Source: Terriglobia bacterium
Lineage (GTDB): Bacteria; Acidobacteriota; Terriglobia; UBA7540
Reading direction: 5' to 3'
Assembly: GCA_050014795.1 (NCBI GenBank)
Contig: JBEKCQ010000055.1
Span: forward strand, 1-24,000
DNA: 24,000 bases
The notes below the pieces were generated by a model. It ran no database searches, was not told the origin of the DNA, and was given only the letters and a program-made list of their open reading frames with translations. The first letter of the stretch is position 1. Each line of letters opens with the position of its first letter. This document shows positions 23,807 through 24,000 of the stretch, piece by piece. Both the position numbers and the translations under genes were made by a program.

Positions 23807-24000
23807 ATGTTGACTGCCCTTCCCTTCGCGGTGATCTTCCATACGCCGCCCGTATGCTTTTCAATCCAACCTTCCCGTTGAGGGTGCCTATATGCCCGCT
23901 TCAGAGTGATATGCCAGCGCGGAACACCCCGAGAGGGAACAAGCGCAAGGTCAGATTCGGTTAGAGTGCCTGCAAGGCTCTTCTCCAACTCAGGTATAAG
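23803..24000 (-). CDS. winged-helix (Mrr_N-like) DNA-binding protein, possibly truncated by window end
   Basis: The C-terminal PRWHITLKRAYRHPQREGWIEKHTGGVWKITAKGR resembles the recognition helix and wing of Mrr_N-type wHTH domains. The frame stays open upstream of the TTG at 23988 to the window edge. Confidence 0.4.
   Translation of the reverse strand, partial: LIPELEKSLAGTLTESDLALVPSRGVPRWHITLKRAYRHPQREGWIEKHTGGVWKITAKGRAVNI

Larger units (their letters stand above)
17687..24000. mobile_element. integrative (and probably self-replicating) element, segment 2 of the island; right end beyond window
   Basis: An int-xis module plus a prim-pol/DUF3631-like replication gene. No att repeat is identifiable inside the window. 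Confidence 0.65.

Noticed and set aside
23108-23842. 244-aa minus-strand ORF overlapping the 158-aa plus-strand ORF.
   Set aside because: It is Cys-rich with an odd composition and no RBS, whereas the plus-strand ORF has a good RBS. Confidence in either is still only moderate.
1-24000. CRISPR arrays, rRNA genes, IS elements with terminal inverted repeats.
   Set aside because: I saw no regularly spaced direct repeats, no rRNA-like conserved stretches and no transposase-like ORFs on either strand.

Overview
GC-rich bacterial chromosome segment (composition and gene content look Acidobacteriota-like, which cannot be proven from this window). Positions 1-8.5 kb are ordinary core genes: a partial secreted protein, AmmeMemoRadiSam protein B, a methylmalonyl-CoA-mutase-family catalytic subunit, a vapBC toxin-antitoxin pair, a beta-CASP/MBL RNase, an HD-domain hydrolase and a zinc-ribbon RDD membrane protein. 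The core ends at tRNA-Val(GAC), 8494-8571. Directly after the tRNA the G+C content drops (spot counts: 46/60 G+C in the line starting 2281, against 21/60 at 9061 and 27/60 at 15301), and a composite genomic island runs to the window end. Segment 1 (about 8.6-17.6 kb) carries: vsr + dcm; a convergent two-gene operon (216-aa protein + 596-aa GHKL/MORC-like ATPase, 11-nt overlap); a divergent 551-aa protein combining two RpoA-CTD-like modules, sigma-70 region 4 and a HARE-HTH-like C-terminus; and a compact three-gene operon, followed by a decayed integrase 3' fragment. The operon encodes a membrane-anchored dCTP-deaminase/dUTPase-fold protein that lacks the catalytic Glu, a thymidylate-synthase-family enzyme with the Asn-to-Asp switch typical of dCMP-specific members, and a dCMP deaminase. 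Segment 2 (17.7 kb to end) is an integrative element: intact tyrosine integrase, excisionase, a hypothetical protein, an AEP-primase/PriCT/DUF3631-like replication protein and small ORFs. The best candidate for an undescribed system is the cytosine-centred cargo of segment 1, especially the 14814-17099 operon and the neighbouring GHKL and sigma/HARE-HTH genes. It has the same three parts as the phage T4 dCTPase / dCMP hydroxymethylase / dCMP deaminase module, but it sits on a bacterial island with no phage structural genes. All family assignments come from reading motifs by eye; no database search was possible.
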